From: an uncultured Clostridia bacterium | GTDB lineage: Bacteria; Bacillota; Clostridia; Oscillospirales; Oscillospiraceae | Assembly (NCBI GenBank): GCA_947649615.1 | Contig: CANSSG010000007.1 | Location: 5,531 to 69,530 of the forward strand | DNA: 64,000 bases | Direction of reading: 5' to 3' | Shown here: piece by piece, positions 1-9,971 of the stretch | Position numbering within the stretch: the stretch's first letter is position 1 | Layout: each line of letters begins with the position of its first letter | Translations under genes and position numbers: made by a program | Notes under the pieces: generated by a model | The model's database searches: none | The model's input: only the letters and a program-made list of their open reading frames with translations | Told to the model about the DNA's origin: nothing

Positions 1-431
1 TCCGCCTTCCCGCCAGCCGCCTCGATCGCCTCCTGAGCGGACTTGGAGAATGCGGAAGCTTCCACCGTGAGTTTCTTTGTAATCTTTCCGTTGCCCAGCA
101 CCTTATAGCCATAGACACACTTGCTGAGAATGCCCTTCTCCAGCAGCTTCTCCGCCGTGACGGTCTCCCCGTTGTCAAAAGCGTTCAGGGCGCTGAGGTT
201 GATGATCTCCAGAGGCTTGGCAAAGATGTTGTTGAAGCCGCGCTTGGGGATGCGGCGGGCCAAAGGCATCTGGCCGCCTTCAAATCCCACGCGGACGCCG
301 CCGCCGCTGCGGGCCTTCTGGCCCTTGTGGCCGCGGCCTGCGGTCTTGCCGTTGCCTGTACCGGCGCCCCGGCCCTTACGCTTCCCAGCGTGGGTGGAGC
401 CGGCGGCGGGAGACAGTTCATGCAGATTCAT
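1..431 (-). CDS. rplO: 50S ribosomal protein L15 (C-terminal end runs off the window)
   Basis: Absent from the ORF track because it has no stop in the window. Reverse-strand reading from the ATG at 431 gives [66 protein letters not shown]..., an L15 N-terminus. It follows rpmD as in spc operons. Confidence 0.9.
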   Translation of the reverse strand, partial: MNLHELSPAAGSTHAGKRKGRGAGTGNGKTAGRGHKGQKARSGGGVRVGFEGGQMPLARRIPKRGFNNIFAKPLEIINLSALNAFDNGETVTAEKLLEKGILSKCVYGYKVLGNGKITKKLTVEASAFSKSAQEAIEAAGGKA

Positions 432-445
432 AATCTGGAACCTCC

Positions 446-628
446 TTACTTCGTCTCTTCGACGCTGAGCAGATAGCCGATCTTGGCGATCTTGCCCCGC
501 GTCTGTGCATTGTCGGGCTGCACGGTGGCGTCACCGATTTTCCGCAGTCCCAGGGAGTTGGCAGTGGCGATGTGCTTTTCCAATCTGCCGTTAAGGCTCT
601 TAACGAGCTTGATGTTCAGATTTGCCAT
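446..628 (-). CDS. rpmD: 50S ribosomal protein L30
   Basis: 60-aa [36 protein letters not shown]...; L30 family. Lies between rpsE and rplO. Confidence 0.95.
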   Translation of the reverse strand: MANLNIKLVKSLNGRLEKHIATANSLGLRKIGDATVQPDNAQTRGKIAKIGYLLSVEETK

Positions 629-642
629 ATCGCAGCCCCTCC

Positions 643-1143
643 TTAACCAACAATTTCTTCCACGCTCTTACCCCGGATGCGGGCCACGTCCGCGGGACCA
701 CGCAGGCTCTTCAGGCCGGCGAAGGTGGCGGCGACCACGTTCTGGGGGTTGTTGGAGCGCAGGCACTTAGCGCGGATGTCCCGGATGCCGGCCGCCTCCA
801 TGACGGCACGGACGGGGCCGCCGGCGATGATGCCGGTACCTTCGGCGGCGGGCTTGAGCATAACGCGGCCCGCGCCAAACTCGCCGATGACCTCGTGGGG
901 AATGGTGGTGCCGGACACAGTGATGTTCACCATGTTCTTCTTGGCATCCTCCAGGCCCTTGCGGATGGCTTCGGGAACTTCGGCGGCCTTGCCCAGGCCG
1001 AAGCCCACCTTGCCCTTGCCGTCGCCAACCACCATCAGGGCGGAGAACTTCATGACGCGGCCGCCCTTGACGGTCTTGCTGACCCGGTTGAGGTAGACGA
1101 CCTTTTCAATATATTCGCTCTGGGGTTTTTCAAATCTAGGCAT
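643..1143 (-). CDS. rpsE: 30S ribosomal protein S5
   Basis: 166-aa ORF ...[39 protein letters not shown]...; S5 signature and operon order. Confidence 0.97.
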   Translation of the reverse strand: MPRFEKPQSEYIEKVVYLNRVSKTVKGGRVMKFSALMVVGDGKGKVGFGLGKAAEVPEAIRKGLEDAKKNMVNITVSGTTIPHEVIGEFGAGRVMLKPAAEGTGIIAGGPVRAVMEAAGIRDIRAKCLRSNNPQNVVAATFAGLKSLRGPADVARIRGKSVEEIVG

Positions 1144-1158
1144 TTTGTCTCTCCTCCC

Positions 1159-1512
1159 TTAGAATTTCAGGCCGCCCTCACGGGCGCCCTCGGCCAGCTC
1201 CGCCACGCGGCCGTGATACAGGTAGCCGCCGCGGTCGAATACGACCACTTCGATGCCTTTGGCCAGGGCCGCTTTCGCAACGGCCTTGCCCACTTCGCGG
1301 GCGGCGGTCTTGTTGCCGCCGTTGCCATCCAGCTTCAGGGAGGAAGCGGAGCACAGGGTCACGCCGTTGACGTCGTCGATCACCTGGGCGTAAATGTTCT
1401 TCTCGCTGCGGAACACGTTCAAGCGGGGGCATTGGGCGGTGCCGGAAATCTTGGCGCGCACGCGCTTATGCCGCTTGAGCCGCTGCGCATTGGTATTGGG
1501 TCTCTTAATCAT
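1159..1512 (-). CDS. rplR: 50S ribosomal protein L18
   Basis: 117-aa [50 protein letters not shown]...; L18 family. Confidence 0.97.
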   Translation of the reverse strand: MIKRPNTNAQRLKRHKRVRAKISGTAQCPRLNVFRSEKNIYAQVIDDVNGVTLCSASSLKLDGNGGNKTAAREVGKAVAKAALAKGIEVVVFDRGGYLYHGRVAELAEGAREGGLKF

Positions 1513-1528
1513 TTTTCAGCTCGCCTCC

Positions 1529-2074
1529 TTACTTCTTCGCGCCGGTCTTACCGACCTTGCGGCGGATGACCTCGTCCACGTACTTGATGCCCTTGCCCTT
1601 ATAGGGCTCGGGGGGACGCTTCTCGCGGACCTCGGCGGCGAACTGGCCCACCCGCTGCTTGTCGCAGCCGATGATGACCACCTTGTTGGGAGAGGGGACC
1701 TCAATGGCGATGCCGTCCACCTCAGAAACAGTGACGGGGTGGGAATAGCCCAGGTTCATCACCAGGTTCTTGCCCTCTTTGCTGGCGCGGTAGCCCACGC
1801 CGTTGATCTCCAGCTCCTTCTTATAGGACTCATGGACGCCCACGATCATGTTGTGGAGCAGGGTCCGGGTGAGACCGTGGAGGGAGCGGTGGGCCTTGTC
1901 ATCGGAAGGACGCTTGACGTTGATCTCGGCGCCCTCCTTTTCGATAATCATGTCGGGATGGAGCTTCTGGGTCAGGGTACCCTTGGGACCCTTGACGGTA
2001 ACTACGTTGCCCTCGGCCACGGTGACTTCCACACCGGCGGGGATGGTAATGGGCATTCTTCCAATTCTACTCAT
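1529..2074 (-). CDS. rplF: 50S ribosomal protein L6
   Basis: 181-aa [37 protein letters not shown]...; L6 family. Confidence 0.97.
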   Translation of the reverse strand: MSRIGRMPITIPAGVEVTVAEGNVVTVKGPKGTLTQKLHPDMIIEKEGAEINVKRPSDDKAHRSLHGLTRTLLHNMIVGVHESYKKELEINGVGYRASKEGKNLVMNLGYSHPVTVSEVDGIAIEVPSPNKVVIIGCDKQRVGQFAAEVREKRPPEPYKGKGIKYVDEVIRRKVGKTGAKK

Positions 2075-2089
2075 GTCAAATACCCTCCC

Positions 2090-2488
2090 TTACCACACGA
2101 ACGCCAGGACTTCGCCGCCGACATGGGCCGCGCGAGCGGCCTTATCGGTCATGACGCCCTTGGACGTAGAGATGATGGCGACGCCGAGACCGCGCAGAAC
2201 GCGGGGCAGCTCGTCCGCGCCGGCGTAGACCCGCAGGCCGGGCTTGCTGACGCGGCGGAGGCCGGAAATGACCTTCTCTTTGCCGGCGTTGTACTTCAGC
2301 GTGATGCGGATAACGCCCTGGGTGCCGTCGTCAATGAGCTGGAAGCTCTTGATATAGCCCTCGTCCAGAAGAATCTGCGCGATGCTCTTCTTCATGTTGG
2401 AAGCGGGGACGTCAACGGTTTCATGCTTGGCGCTGTTCGCGTTGCGGATGCGGGTGAGCATATCCGCAATGGGGTCTGTGATGTGCAT
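2090..2488 (-). CDS. rpsH: 30S ribosomal protein S8
   Basis: 132-aa [37 protein letters not shown]...; S8 family. Confidence 0.97.
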   Translation of the reverse strand: MHITDPIADMLTRIRNANSAKHETVDVPASNMKKSIAQILLDEGYIKSFQLIDDGTQGVIRITLKYNAGKEKVISGLRRVSKPGLRVYAGADELPRVLRGLGVAIISTSKGVMTDKAARAAHVGGEVLAFVW

Positions 2489-2669
2489 GGAATGTTTTCC
2501 TCCTCATTTGAAGTTACAGCAAGTTGCTTGCTGTTCAGGCGGCGAGGTATCACTGCGAATTTGGTAATTCACAGTGACCTTTCGCCATCCTTTACACAAT
2601 TCATATCGTCTGCGGGGGCAGCCGTATGGCCGCCGCACCGCACAGCGGGCTTGGCGCCCGCCCGGGGCC

Positions 2670-2855
2670 TTACCAGGACGCCTTTCTCACGCCGGGAATC
2701 TCGCCCTTGTAGGCCAGCTCGCGGAAGCAGATGCGGCACACGCCGTAGTTGCGCAGGTACGCGTGGGGGCGGCCGCAAATCTTGCAGCGGTTATACTTGC
2801 GGCTGGAGAACTTTGGCTCCGCCTGCTGCTTTAAAATCATAGACTTTTTTGCCAT
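2670..2855 (-). CDS. rpsN: 30S ribosomal protein S14, zinc-binding type Z (61 aa)
   Basis: [61 protein letters not shown]; short form with CxxC...CxxC. Confidence 0.96.
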   Translation of the reverse strand: MAKKSMILKQQAEPKFSSRKYNRCKICGRPHAYLRNYGVCRICFRELAYKGEIPGVRKASW

Positions 2856-2871
2856 TTTTTAACCCTCCCAA

Positions 2872-3411
2872 TCAGCGCTCGAAGGGAGCGCCTACCAGCT
2901 CCAGCAGAGCCTTGGCTTCCTCGTCGGTCTTGGCGGTGGTGCAGATGATGATGTCCATACCGCGAATCTTGTCGATCTTGTCGTACTCGATCTCGGGGAA
3001 GATGAGCTGCTCCTTGATGCCCAGGGCGTAGTTGCCGCGGCCGTCAAAGGAGTTGGGGTTGACGCCGTGGAAGTCGCGGACGCGGGGCAGGGCCACGTTG
3101 AACAGGCGGTCCAGGAACTCCCACATCTTGTCGCTGCGGAGGGTCACCTTGGCGCCCACGGGCATGCCTTCTCGAACCTTGAAGTTGGCCACGGACTTCT
3201 TGGCGATGGTGATGACGGCCTTCTGGCCGGTGATGGCGGTGAGGTCGCGGACCACGGCCTCCAGCACCTTGGCGTTGTCGCGGGCCTCGCCGCAGCCAAC
3301 GTTCACGACCACCTTGTCAATCTTGGGGATCTGCATGACGCTCTTGTACTCGAACTTCTTCATCAGAGCAGGAGCGGCCTCTTCGGTATATTTTGTCTTA
3401 AGATTCGGCAT
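2872..3411 (-). CDS. rplE: 50S ribosomal protein L5
   Basis: 179-aa [42 protein letters not shown]...; L5 family. Confidence 0.97.
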   Translation of the reverse strand: MPNLKTKYTEEAAPALMKKFEYKSVMQIPKIDKVVVNVGCGEARDNAKVLEAVVRDLTAITGQKAVITIAKKSVANFKVREGMPVGAKVTLRSDKMWEFLDRLFNVALPRVRDFHGVNPNSFDGRGNYALGIKEQLIFPEIEYDKIDKIRGMDIIICTTAKTDEEAKALLELVGAPFER

Positions 3412-3431
3412 TGTTTCTTCCTACTCCTTTC

Positions 3432-3743
3432 TTAGAGTGCGGCGCCGCAGTGCTTGCACACGCGGGTCTTCTTGCCGTCCTCGATCTTGTGGGCCACGCG
3501 GGTACCCTTGCCGCACTTGGGGCAGACAACCTGCACCTTGCTGGCGTACAGGGCGGCTTCCCGGCGGACGATGCCGCCCTGCTCGCCCTGGCGGCGGGGC
3601 TTGGTGTGGCAGGTGACCATGTTCACGCCCTCTACCACTACCTTGGACTCGCTGGGAACGGTACCCTGCACCTTCCCCTTCTTGCCCTTGTCCTTACCGG
3701 ACAGGACGACCACGGTGTCGCCCTTCTTCACATTCATAGCCAT
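3432..3743 (-). CDS. rplX: 50S ribosomal protein L24 (variant with CPKC...CKHC)
   Basis: 103-aa ORF MAMNVKKGDTVVVLSGKDKGKKGKVQG... (KOW motif). The C-terminal part reads VVCPKCGKGTRVAHKIEDGKKTRVCKHCGAAL. Confidence 0.95.
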   Translation of the reverse strand: MAMNVKKGDTVVVLSGKDKGKKGKVQGTVPSESKVVVEGVNMVTCHTKPRRQGEQGGIVRREAALYASKVQVVCPKCGKGTRVAHKIEDGKKTRVCKHCGAAL

Positions 3744-3760
3744 TTTTCTTCCGCTCCTCC

Positions 3761-4129
3761 TTACACGACCTCGGGAGCCAGGGACAGGATCTTCATATAA
3801 TCCTTATCGCGCAGCTCGCGGGCAACAGGCCCAAAGATACGGGTACCTCTGGGGTTCCGGTCGTCCTTGATGAGGACGGCGGCGTTGTCATCGAAACGGA
3901 CGTAGGTCCCGTCGGCGCGGCGCACTCCCTTGGCGCTGCGGACGATGACGGCCTTGACGACCTCGCCCTTCTTCACAGTGCCGCCGGGGGTGGACTTGCG
4001 CACGGAAGCGACGATCACATCGCCGATGCTGCCGTACTTGCGCTTGCTGCCGCCCAGGACACGGATGCACTTGATTTCCTTGGCGCCGGTATTATCGGCA
4101 ACCTTCAAAAAGCTCTCCTGCTGAATCAT
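3761..4129 (-). CDS. rplN: 50S ribosomal protein L14
   Basis: 122-aa [36 protein letters not shown]...; L14 family. Confidence 0.97.
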   Translation of the reverse strand: MIQQESFLKVADNTGAKEIKCIRVLGGSKRKYGSIGDVIVASVRKSTPGGTVKKGEVVKAVIVRSAKGVRRADGTYVRFDDNAAVLIKDDRNPRGTRIFGPVARELRDKDYMKILSLAPEVV

Positions 4130-4144
4130 ACTAACGGCACCCCC

Positions 4145-4408
4145 TTACTTCGCCTTCTCAATGATCTCGACCACGCGCCATCTCTTGTCCTTGGACAGGG
4201 GGCGGGTCTCCATGACCTTGACCTTGTCGCCCACGCCGCAGGTGTTCTGCTCGTCATGGGCCTTGAGCTTATAGGTGCGGCCAACGATCTTCTTATACAG
4301 AGGATGGGCCACCCGGTCTTCAATCGCTACGACGACGGTCTTGTCCATCTTATCGGACACGACCTTGCCTACCCTGGTCTTACGGGAGGAAATTCTCGCT
4401 TCACTCAT
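4145..4408 (-). CDS. rpsQ: 30S ribosomal protein S17
   Basis: 87-aa ORF ...[34 protein letters not shown]...; S17 family. Confidence 0.96.
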   Translation of the reverse strand: MSEARISSRKTRVGKVVSDKMDKTVVVAIEDRVAHPLYKKIVGRTYKLKAHDEQNTCGVGDKVKVMETRPLSKDKRWRVVEIIEKAK

Positions 4409-4427
4409 TTCGATTTACCTCCTTCTC

Positions 4428-4637
4428 TTATTTGGCGGCAGCGGTCTGCTGCTCGCGAATAATGGTCTTGACTCGGGCAATGTCGCGCTTGACCTCGGCG
4501 ATCTTGACGGGGTTGTCAAGCTGATTGGTCGCATGCTGCATGCGCAGGAAGAAGAGGTCCTTCTTCAGGCTGGCCAGCTTCTCGCCCAGTTCAGCCCCGC
4601 TCATCTTACGGATTTCACTTGCCTTCATCTTATTCAC
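4428..4637 (-). CDS. rpmC: 50S ribosomal protein L29
   Basis: 69-aa [40 protein letters not shown]...; L29 family. Overlaps the rplP stop by 8 nt. Confidence 0.95.
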   Translation of the reverse strand: MNKMKASEIRKMSGAELGEKLASLKKDLFFLRMQHATNQLDNPVKIAEVKRDIARVKTIIREQQTAAAK

Positions 4638-5067
4638 CTACTTCCTGCGCTTCCACAGCGGCCTCCCGGGCGACGATCTTCGTCTTGATGGGCAGCTTAT
4701 GGCTGGCCAGACGGAGGGCCTCACGGGCGGTCTCCTCGGGGACGCCGGCGATCTCAAACATGACGCGGCCGGGCTTTACCACGGCCACCCAGTACTCGGG
4801 GGAGCCTTTACCGGAACCCATGCGGGTCTCGGCGGGCTTCTCGGTGATGGGCTTGTCGGGGAAAATCTTGATCCAGACCTGGCCGCCGCGCTTGGTGTAG
4901 CGGGTCATGGCGATACGGGCCGCTTCAATCTGGTTGCTGGTGATCCACGCAGGCTCGGTGGCCACCAATCCGAAATCACCGTAGGTAACGGTGTTGCCTC
5001 GCATGGCCTTGCCGGTGAGGCGGCCGCGATGAACTCTGCGGTACTTAACTCTCTTAGGCAGAAGCAT
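4630..5067 (-). CDS. rplP: 50S ribosomal protein L16
   Basis: 145-aa [37 protein letters not shown]...; L16 family. Confidence 0.97.
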   Translation of the reverse strand: MLLPKRVKYRRVHRGRLTGKAMRGNTVTYGDFGLVATEPAWITSNQIEAARIAMTRYTKRGGQVWIKIFPDKPITEKPAETRMGSGKGSPEYWVAVVKPGRVMFEIAGVPEETAREALRLASHKLPIKTKIVAREAAVEAQEVGE

Positions 5068-5921
5068 TACTGAGCGCCTCCTTCTTTCTTCTCGGGACGG
5101 GGGCCGCGGTTGAAGCCAGTGCCCTGTCCGTCACGGCGGGGGGGACGGCTGTCGCCGCTCCGGTTGAAGCCGCCGCGGTTGTTGTCGCGGTTGAAACCTC
5201 CACGGCGGTCGCCGTCCCGGCGGGGGCGGCGCTCACGGCGCTCCTCGTAGGGCTTGGAGGTGTCGATGGTGCGGGGGGTGGTGCGCAGGGCCTGGGAGAG
5301 GACCTCGCCCTTGTAGATCCACACCTTCACGCCGATGCGGCCGAAGGTGGTGGCGGCCTCCGCGAAGCCGTACTCGATGTCGGCGCGGATGGTCTGCAGG
5401 GGGATGGTGCCCTCGTGGTAGTGCTCCACGCCGGCGATCTCGCGGCCGCCCAGACGTCCGGAGCAGCAGCACTTGATGCCCTTGGCGCCGGCGCGCATGG
5501 CGCGGCCCATGGCGTTCTTCATGGCCCGGCGGTGGGAGATGCGCTTCTCCAGCTGCTGGGCGATGTTCTCCGCCACCAGCTGGGCGTTCATGTCGGGGGA
5601 GCGGACCTCCACGATGTTGAGCTTGGTGGGCTTGCCGATCATCTTCTCCACCTCCAGACGGGTGGCCTCGATGTCCTTGCCCTCCTTGCCGATGACCATG
5701 CCGGGGCGGGCGCAGTGCAGGAAAATGGTGACGCCGCCGTTGCTGCGTTCAATCTCAATCTTAGGCACCTGGGCGTTGAACAGCTTCTTCTTAAGGAAGT
5801 CGCGGATCTTCTTGTCCTCTACGAGCAGGTCGCCGACCTTCTCGCTGCTGGCGTACCAGCGGGAATCCCAGTCCTTGATTACGCCCACGCGCATGCCGTG
5901 GGGATTCACTTTCTGTCCCAT
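5067..5921 (-). CDS. rpsC: 30S ribosomal protein S3 with long Arg/Gly-rich C-terminal tail
   Basis: 284-aa [27 protein letters not shown]... (KH and S3-C domains). The tail reads ...[58 protein letters not shown]. Confidence 0.96.
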   Translation of the reverse strand: MGQKVNPHGMRVGVIKDWDSRWYASSEKVGDLLVEDKKIRDFLKKKLFNAQVPKIEIERSNGGVTIFLHCARPGMVIGKEGKDIEATRLEVEKMIGKPTKLNIVEVRSPDMNAQLVAENIAQQLEKRISHRRAMKNAMGRAMRAGAKGIKCCCSGRLGGREIAGVEHYHEGTIPLQTIRADIEYGFAEAATTFGRIGVKVWIYKGEVLSQALRTTPRTIDTSKPYEERRERRPRRDGDRRGGFNRDNNRGGFNRSGDSRPPRRDGQGTGFNRGPRPEKKEGGAQ

Positions 5922-5937
5922 AAAACCGTCTCCCTCC

Positions 5938-6273
5938 TTAAGCCTTCTCCGCGACCGCCAGGGTCACGTGGGATGTTCTCTTGTTGATCCGGTAGGCGCG
6001 GCCCTGCGCCCGGGGCATCACTCTCTTGAGGATGGGTCCGGGCGTGGCAAACACCTGGGACACGTAGAGCTTTTCCACATCCATGTTGTTATTGTTTTCC
6101 GCGTTGGCCACCGCGCTCTTGAGGAGCTTGATCATCGGCTCAGAGGCAGCCTTGGGGGTCTGCATGAGGATCGCCATAGCGGTGTTCACATCCTTGCCGC
6201 GGATCAGATCGGCAACGATCTGCACCTTGCGGGGAGCGATGCGGAGGTATTTCAAATACGCTTTTGCTTCCAT
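5938..6273 (-). CDS. rplV: 50S ribosomal protein L22
   Basis: 111-aa [39 protein letters not shown]...; L22 family. Confidence 0.97.
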   Translation of the reverse strand: MEAKAYLKYLRIAPRKVQIVADLIRGKDVNTAMAILMQTPKAASEPMIKLLKSAVANAENNNNMDVEKLYVSQVFATPGPILKRVMPRAQGRAYRINKRTSHVTLAVAEKA

Positions 6274-6293
6274 TATTTCTGCATCCTCCTATC

Positions 6294-6557
6294 TTACTTG
6301 CCCTTGGCGTGGCCGCGGAAGGTCCTGGTGGGGGCGAACTCGCCCAGCTTGTGGCCCACCATATCCTCCTGGATATAGACAGGCACATGCTTGCGGCCGT
6401 CATGGACGGCGATGGTGTGGCCGACGAAGGCGGGGTAGATGGTGGAGCTGCGGCTCCAGGTCTTGAGCACCGTCTTCTTGCCGGAGTTGTTCATTTCCTC
6501 GACCCGCTTGAGAAGCTCGGGAGCAACAAAGGGGCCTTTTTTTACAGATCTGCTCAT
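6294..6557 (-). CDS. rpsS: 30S ribosomal protein S19
   Basis: 87-aa [23 protein letters not shown]...[30 protein letters not shown]...; S19 family. Confidence 0.97.
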   Translation of the reverse strand: MSRSVKKGPFVAPELLKRVEEMNNSGKKTVLKTWSRSSTIYPAFVGHTIAVHDGRKHVPVYIQEDMVGHKLGEFAPTRTFRGHAKGK

Positions 6558-6572
6558 GTTTCCTTAGCCTCC

Positions 6573-7409
6573 TTACTTCACGTTCCGACGCTTGACAATG
6601 AACTTGTCGGTCGGATTCTTGGTCTTGCGGGTCTTGTAGCCCAAGGCCGGCTTGCCCCAGGGGGTCACAGGGCCGGGACGGCCCACAGGGCTTTTGCCCT
6701 CGCCGCCGCCGTGGGGGTGGTCGCAGGGGTTCATGACGGAACCGCGGACCGTGGGACGCCAGCCCATGTTGCGCTTGCGGCCGGCCTTGCCGATCTGGAT
6801 GTTCTCGTGGTCGATATTGCCCACCTGGCCGATGGTGGCCATGCAGTTGAGCCGCACGATGCGCACTTCGCCGGAAGGCATACGGACCTGGGCGTCGCCG
6901 CCCTCCTTGGCCATGAGCTGGGCGCTGGTGCCGGCGGAGCGGACCAGCTGGCCGCCCTTGCCGGGGTGCATCTCAATGTTGTGGATCACCGTACCCACGG
7001 GGATGTTGGCCAGGGGCAGGGCGTTGCCGGGCTTGATGTCCGCGTTGGCGGAGGAGAGGACCTTGTCGCCGGCGGCCAGGCCCACAGGGGCCAGGATGTA
7101 GCGGCGCTCGCCATCCTCGTATTCCACCAGCGCGATGTTGGCGCTGCGGTTGGGATCGTACTCCAGGCGCAGGACGGTGGCGGTCATATCCGTCTTGTCC
7201 CGCTTGAAGTCGATGATGCGGTACTTCCGCTTGTTGCCGCCGCCGCGATGGCGGACGGTGATGCGGCCGTAGCTGTTGCGGCCCGCCTTCTTCTTGAGGA
7301 CCTCGGTAAGGCTCGGCTCGGGCTTGGCCTTCTTATCCACGCCGTCGAAGCCGGATACGGTCATATGCCGGCGGGACGGGGTAGTCGGCTTGAATGTTTT
7401 AATAGACAT
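6573..7409 (-). CDS. rplB: 50S ribosomal protein L2
   Basis: 278-aa [25 protein letters not shown]...[24 protein letters not shown]...; L2 family. Confidence 0.98.
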   Translation of the reverse strand: MSIKTFKPTTPSRRHMTVSGFDGVDKKAKPEPSLTEVLKKKAGRNSYGRITVRHRGGGNKRKYRIIDFKRDKTDMTATVLRLEYDPNRSANIALVEYEDGERRYILAPVGLAAGDKVLSSANADIKPGNALPLANIPVGTVIHNIEMHPGKGGQLVRSAGTSAQLMAKEGGDAQVRMPSGEVRIVRLNCMATIGQVGNIDHENIQIGKAGRKRNMGWRPTVRGSVMNPCDHPHGGGEGKSPVGRPGPVTPWGKPALGYKTRKTKNPTDKFIVKRRNVK

Positions 7410-7423
7410 GGTTCACTTCCTCC

Positions 7424-7717
7424 TTACACCATACCCTCGAAGAACTCGATGGTCTTGGAATCCTCGGTCAGTTGGACGATGGCCTTTTTCCAGTCCTTCC
7501 TGCGGCCGGGGCGGGCGGCGCCCATGCGCTTGGCCTTGCCGGGGACAATCATGGTGTTGACCTTGGCGACCTTCACGGAGAAAATCTCCTCCACGGCCTT
7601 TTTGATCTCAATCTTCCCGGCGGCGGGGGCTACTTCGAATACATATTTCTTATCAGCGGCGCCGGCCATGGAGCGCTCGGTGATGACAGGGCGGATAATA
7701 ACATCATAAGAGACCAT
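7424..7717 (-). CDS. rplW: 50S ribosomal protein L23
   Basis: 97-aa [49 protein letters not shown]...; L23 family. Confidence 0.96.
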   Translation of the reverse strand: MVSYDVIIRPVITERSMAGAADKKYVFEVAPAAGKIEIKKAVEEIFSVKVAKVNTMIVPGKAKRMGAARPGRRKDWKKAIVQLTEDSKTIEFFEGMV

Positions 7718-8334
7718 TATGCGTACACCTCCTCGATAGTGGCGAGGGCGTTCTTGTCAACCACCAGGTACTTGGCGTTGACCAGGTCATAGACGCTGAG
7801 CATCCGGGCGGTGGTGGTGACCACGCCGGGGATGTTGCGGGCGCTCTTGACCACGGTCTCGTTGACCTCGGGGGTGATGACAACGGCCTTGCCGCCGCAG
7901 TTCACCGCGTCCAGGAAGCCCTTGAAAGCCTTGGTCTTGATCTGATCCATCCGGATGGAATCCACCACGATGATCTTGTTGTCCGCAGCCTTGGCGGACA
8001 GGACGCTCTTGAGCGCCAGGCGCTTGACCTTCTTATTGACCACGTAGCTGTAGCTGCGGGGCTTGGGGGCGAAGGCGATGCCGCCGTGGGTCCACTGGGG
8101 GGCGCGGGTGCTGCCCTGACGGGCGCGGCCGGGTCCCTTCTGACGCCAGGGCTTCTTGCCGCCGCCGGATACCTCGGCGCGGGTCAGGGCGCTCTGGGTA
8201 CCCTGACGGCAGTTGGCCAGGTGGTTTTTGACCACTTCATGCACAACGTGCATATTGGGTTCGATGCCAAAGATGGAAGCGTTCAGCTCCACCTCGCCGA
8301 CTTCGCTGCCGGCCATATTCAAAACTTTTACCAT
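7717..8334 (-). CDS. rplD: 50S ribosomal protein L4
   Basis: 205-aa [49 protein letters not shown]...; L4 family. Confidence 0.97.
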   Translation of the reverse strand: MVKVLNMAGSEVGEVELNASIFGIEPNMHVVHEVVKNHLANCRQGTQSALTRAEVSGGGKKPWRQKGPGRARQGSTRAPQWTHGGIAFAPKPRSYSYVVNKKVKRLALKSVLSAKAADNKIIVVDSIRMDQIKTKAFKGFLDAVNCGGKAVVITPEVNETVVKSARNIPGVVTTTARMLSVYDLVNAKYLVVDKNALATIEEVYA

Positions 8335-8355
8335 TACTCAGCACACTCCCTTCCC

Positions 8356-9078
8356 TTAACGTCTCGCGGAGGCCTTCTGCGGATTGACGCGGGCAGAAGC
8401 CTTCTGCGGGTTGGCGCTGATGCCGGCGTCGCCCTTCTTGACGATGATGGTCTTGGCGGTGGAACGGATGGTCACCAGGCCGCCCTTGGGTCCGGGAACC
8501 GCGCCGCGCACCACGATCATGTTCAGCTCGGGGTCAACCTTGACAACGTCCAGGTTCATGATGGTCACCTGCTCCACGCCCATATGGCCGGCGCCCTTGG
8601 TACCCTTCATGATGCGGCTGGGGTCGGTGCCGGAGCCGAGAGAGCCTTGGTGCCGGGCCACAGGGCCGGTACCGTGGGTAGCCTTCAGGGTGCGGTTGCC
8701 ATGGCGCTTGACAACGCCGGCATAGCCGTGGCCCTTGCTGATGCCGGTGACGTCCACATGGTCGCCCTCGGCGAAGGCGTCGGCCTTGACCACGTCGCCT
8801 ACGTTCATCTCAGCGGCCTTGTTCAGCTTGAATTCCTTCAGGTGCTTCTTGGGGGAGACGCCGGCCTTGTCCAGGTGGCCCTTCTCGGGCTTGGTCAGCT
8901 TGCGCTCGGGGACATCCTCGTAGCCAAGCTGCACGGCCTCGTAGCCGTCTTTCTCGGCGGTCTTTTTCTGCACCACGACGCAGGGTCCGGCTTCGATGAC
9001 GGTAACCGGGATCACCTTGCCGTCGGCGTCGAAGATCTGGCTCATGCCGACCTTCTTACCGATGATCGCTTTCTCCAT
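8356..9078 (-). CDS. rplC: 50S ribosomal protein L3 with roughly 30-aa C-terminal extension
   Basis: 240-aa [43 protein letters not shown]...; L3 family. Ends ...[21 protein letters not shown]. Confidence 0.96.
   Translation of the reverse strand: MEKAIIGKKVGMSQIFDADGKVIPVTVIEAGPCVVVQKKTAEKDGYEAVQLGYEDVPERKLTKPEKGHLDKAGVSPKKHLKEFKLNKAAEMNVGDVVKADAFAEGDHVDVTGISKGHGYAGVVKRHGNRTLKATHGTGPVARHQGSLGSGTDPSRIMKGTKGAGHMGVEQVTIMNLDVVKVDPELNMIVVRGAVPGPKGGLVTIRSTAKTIIVKKGDAGISANPQKASARVNPQKASARR
8369..8415 (-). repeat. Imperfect 27-bp tandem duplication at the rplC 3' end (encodes NPQKASAR twice)
   Basis: gccttctgcgg occurs at 8372-8382 and again at 8399-8409, an offset of 27 nt. Confidence 0.8.
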
Positions 9079-9238
9079 TGTGATTCTCCTTTATAATAAG
9101 GTTATTGGTCGGCGCAGTTGGATGGGCATTGGCTCCCATGGCTGCGGCGACTTGACCCCGCCCGCCTCACGCAAGCCGGCGGACTGATGGGTAACAAAGT
9201 TGGTGGGCGGCGGCTGGCCGCCGGGGCTGCTGTAGGGC

Positions 9239-9547
9239 TTACAGCTTAATCTCGATCTCCACGCCGGCGGGCAGTTCCAGGCTCATCAGGGCTTCCACCG
9301 TCTTGGGGCTGGAATTGGAAATGTCGATCAGGCGCTTGTGGGTGCGGCGCTCAAACTGCTCACGGCTGTCCTTATATTTATGGACGGCCCGGAGGATGGT
9401 GACAACCTCCTTCTTGGTGGGCAGGGGGATGGGTCCGGAGACGTTGGCGCCGGTGCGCTTGGCGGTCTCCACGATCTTATAGGCGGACTGATCGATGACC
9501 TGATGGTCGTACGCCTTCAGGCGAATGCGGATCGTTTCTTTTGCCAT
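9239..9547 (-). CDS. rpsJ: 30S ribosomal protein S10
   Basis: [46 protein letters not shown]...; I place the start at the internal ATG at 9547, preceded by GGAGGA. The track ORF (to 9652) adds a non-homologous 35 aa. Confidence 0.95.
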   Translation of the reverse strand: MAKETIRIRLKAYDHQVIDQSAYKIVETAKRTGANVSGPIPLPTKKEVVTILRAVHKYKDSREQFERRTHKRLIDISNSSPKTVEALMSLELPAGVEIEIKL

Positions 9548-9841
9548 TGTTAGTTCCTCCATGTGTTTGTACAAAGTAGTTATAGGTCGTTCCTTACTCT
9601 GTACGGCGGGAAAATCTCTTACCACACATCCATGCGTATCATTCCAGCTCATAGAAAATACCGGCGCAAAAAGGCCGGTACATGTCCATGGCGCAGCGAT
9701 TTACGCTGTGGTAAGGACCTTCTCAGCCGCCCGATTATCGGACATACTCCGCGGAAGTTACCGGCTCTCGCCGCAATCTCCCGCATCATCGCAGTACCCC
9801 GCGGGCTTCCACTCCATGGCAGTTCCCGCGCAAGCTTCCTT

Positions 9842-9870
9842 AGTATAACGTACTTATTTCCAATTGTCAA
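9842..9870 (-). promoter_or_regulatory. Sigma-A type promoter of the S10 operon (TTGACA-17-TATACT)
   Basis: Minus strand: TTGACA (9870-9865), a 17-nt spacer, then TATACT (9847-9842). An A/T-rich UP-like tract lies upstream (9871-9915). Confidence 0.7.
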
Positions 9871-9933
9871 GCAGATTTTCTCTTTTTTACATAAATTTTT
9901 TCAAGCATTTTTGTGGCTTATGCCACGGGATTT

Positions 9934-9963
9934 CCGGGGGCGGCCCCTGCGGGCCGCCCCCGG
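9934..9963 (-). terminator. GC-rich hairpin downstream of the deacetylase gene
   Basis: CCGGGGGCGGCCC-GCAG-GGGCCGCCCCCGG, a 13-bp perfect stem. The U-tract is weak in minus sense. Confidence 0.5.
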
Positions 9964-9971
9964 AGATTCAA

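Noticed and set aside
622-2842. Long plus-strand ORFs (622-1569, 315 aa; 1394-2842, 482 aa) across the ribosomal operon.
   Set aside because: They are antisense to unmistakable ribosomal-protein genes. Their translations are low-complexity and rich in Ala, Gly, Leu, His and Asp, with no motifs. This is the typical stop-poor antisense frame of high-GC DNA.
6264-9096. Plus-strand ORFs 6264-7709 (481 aa) and 8086-9096 (336 aa).
   Set aside because: Same artefact: they lie antisense to rpsS, rplB, rplW, rplD and rplC.
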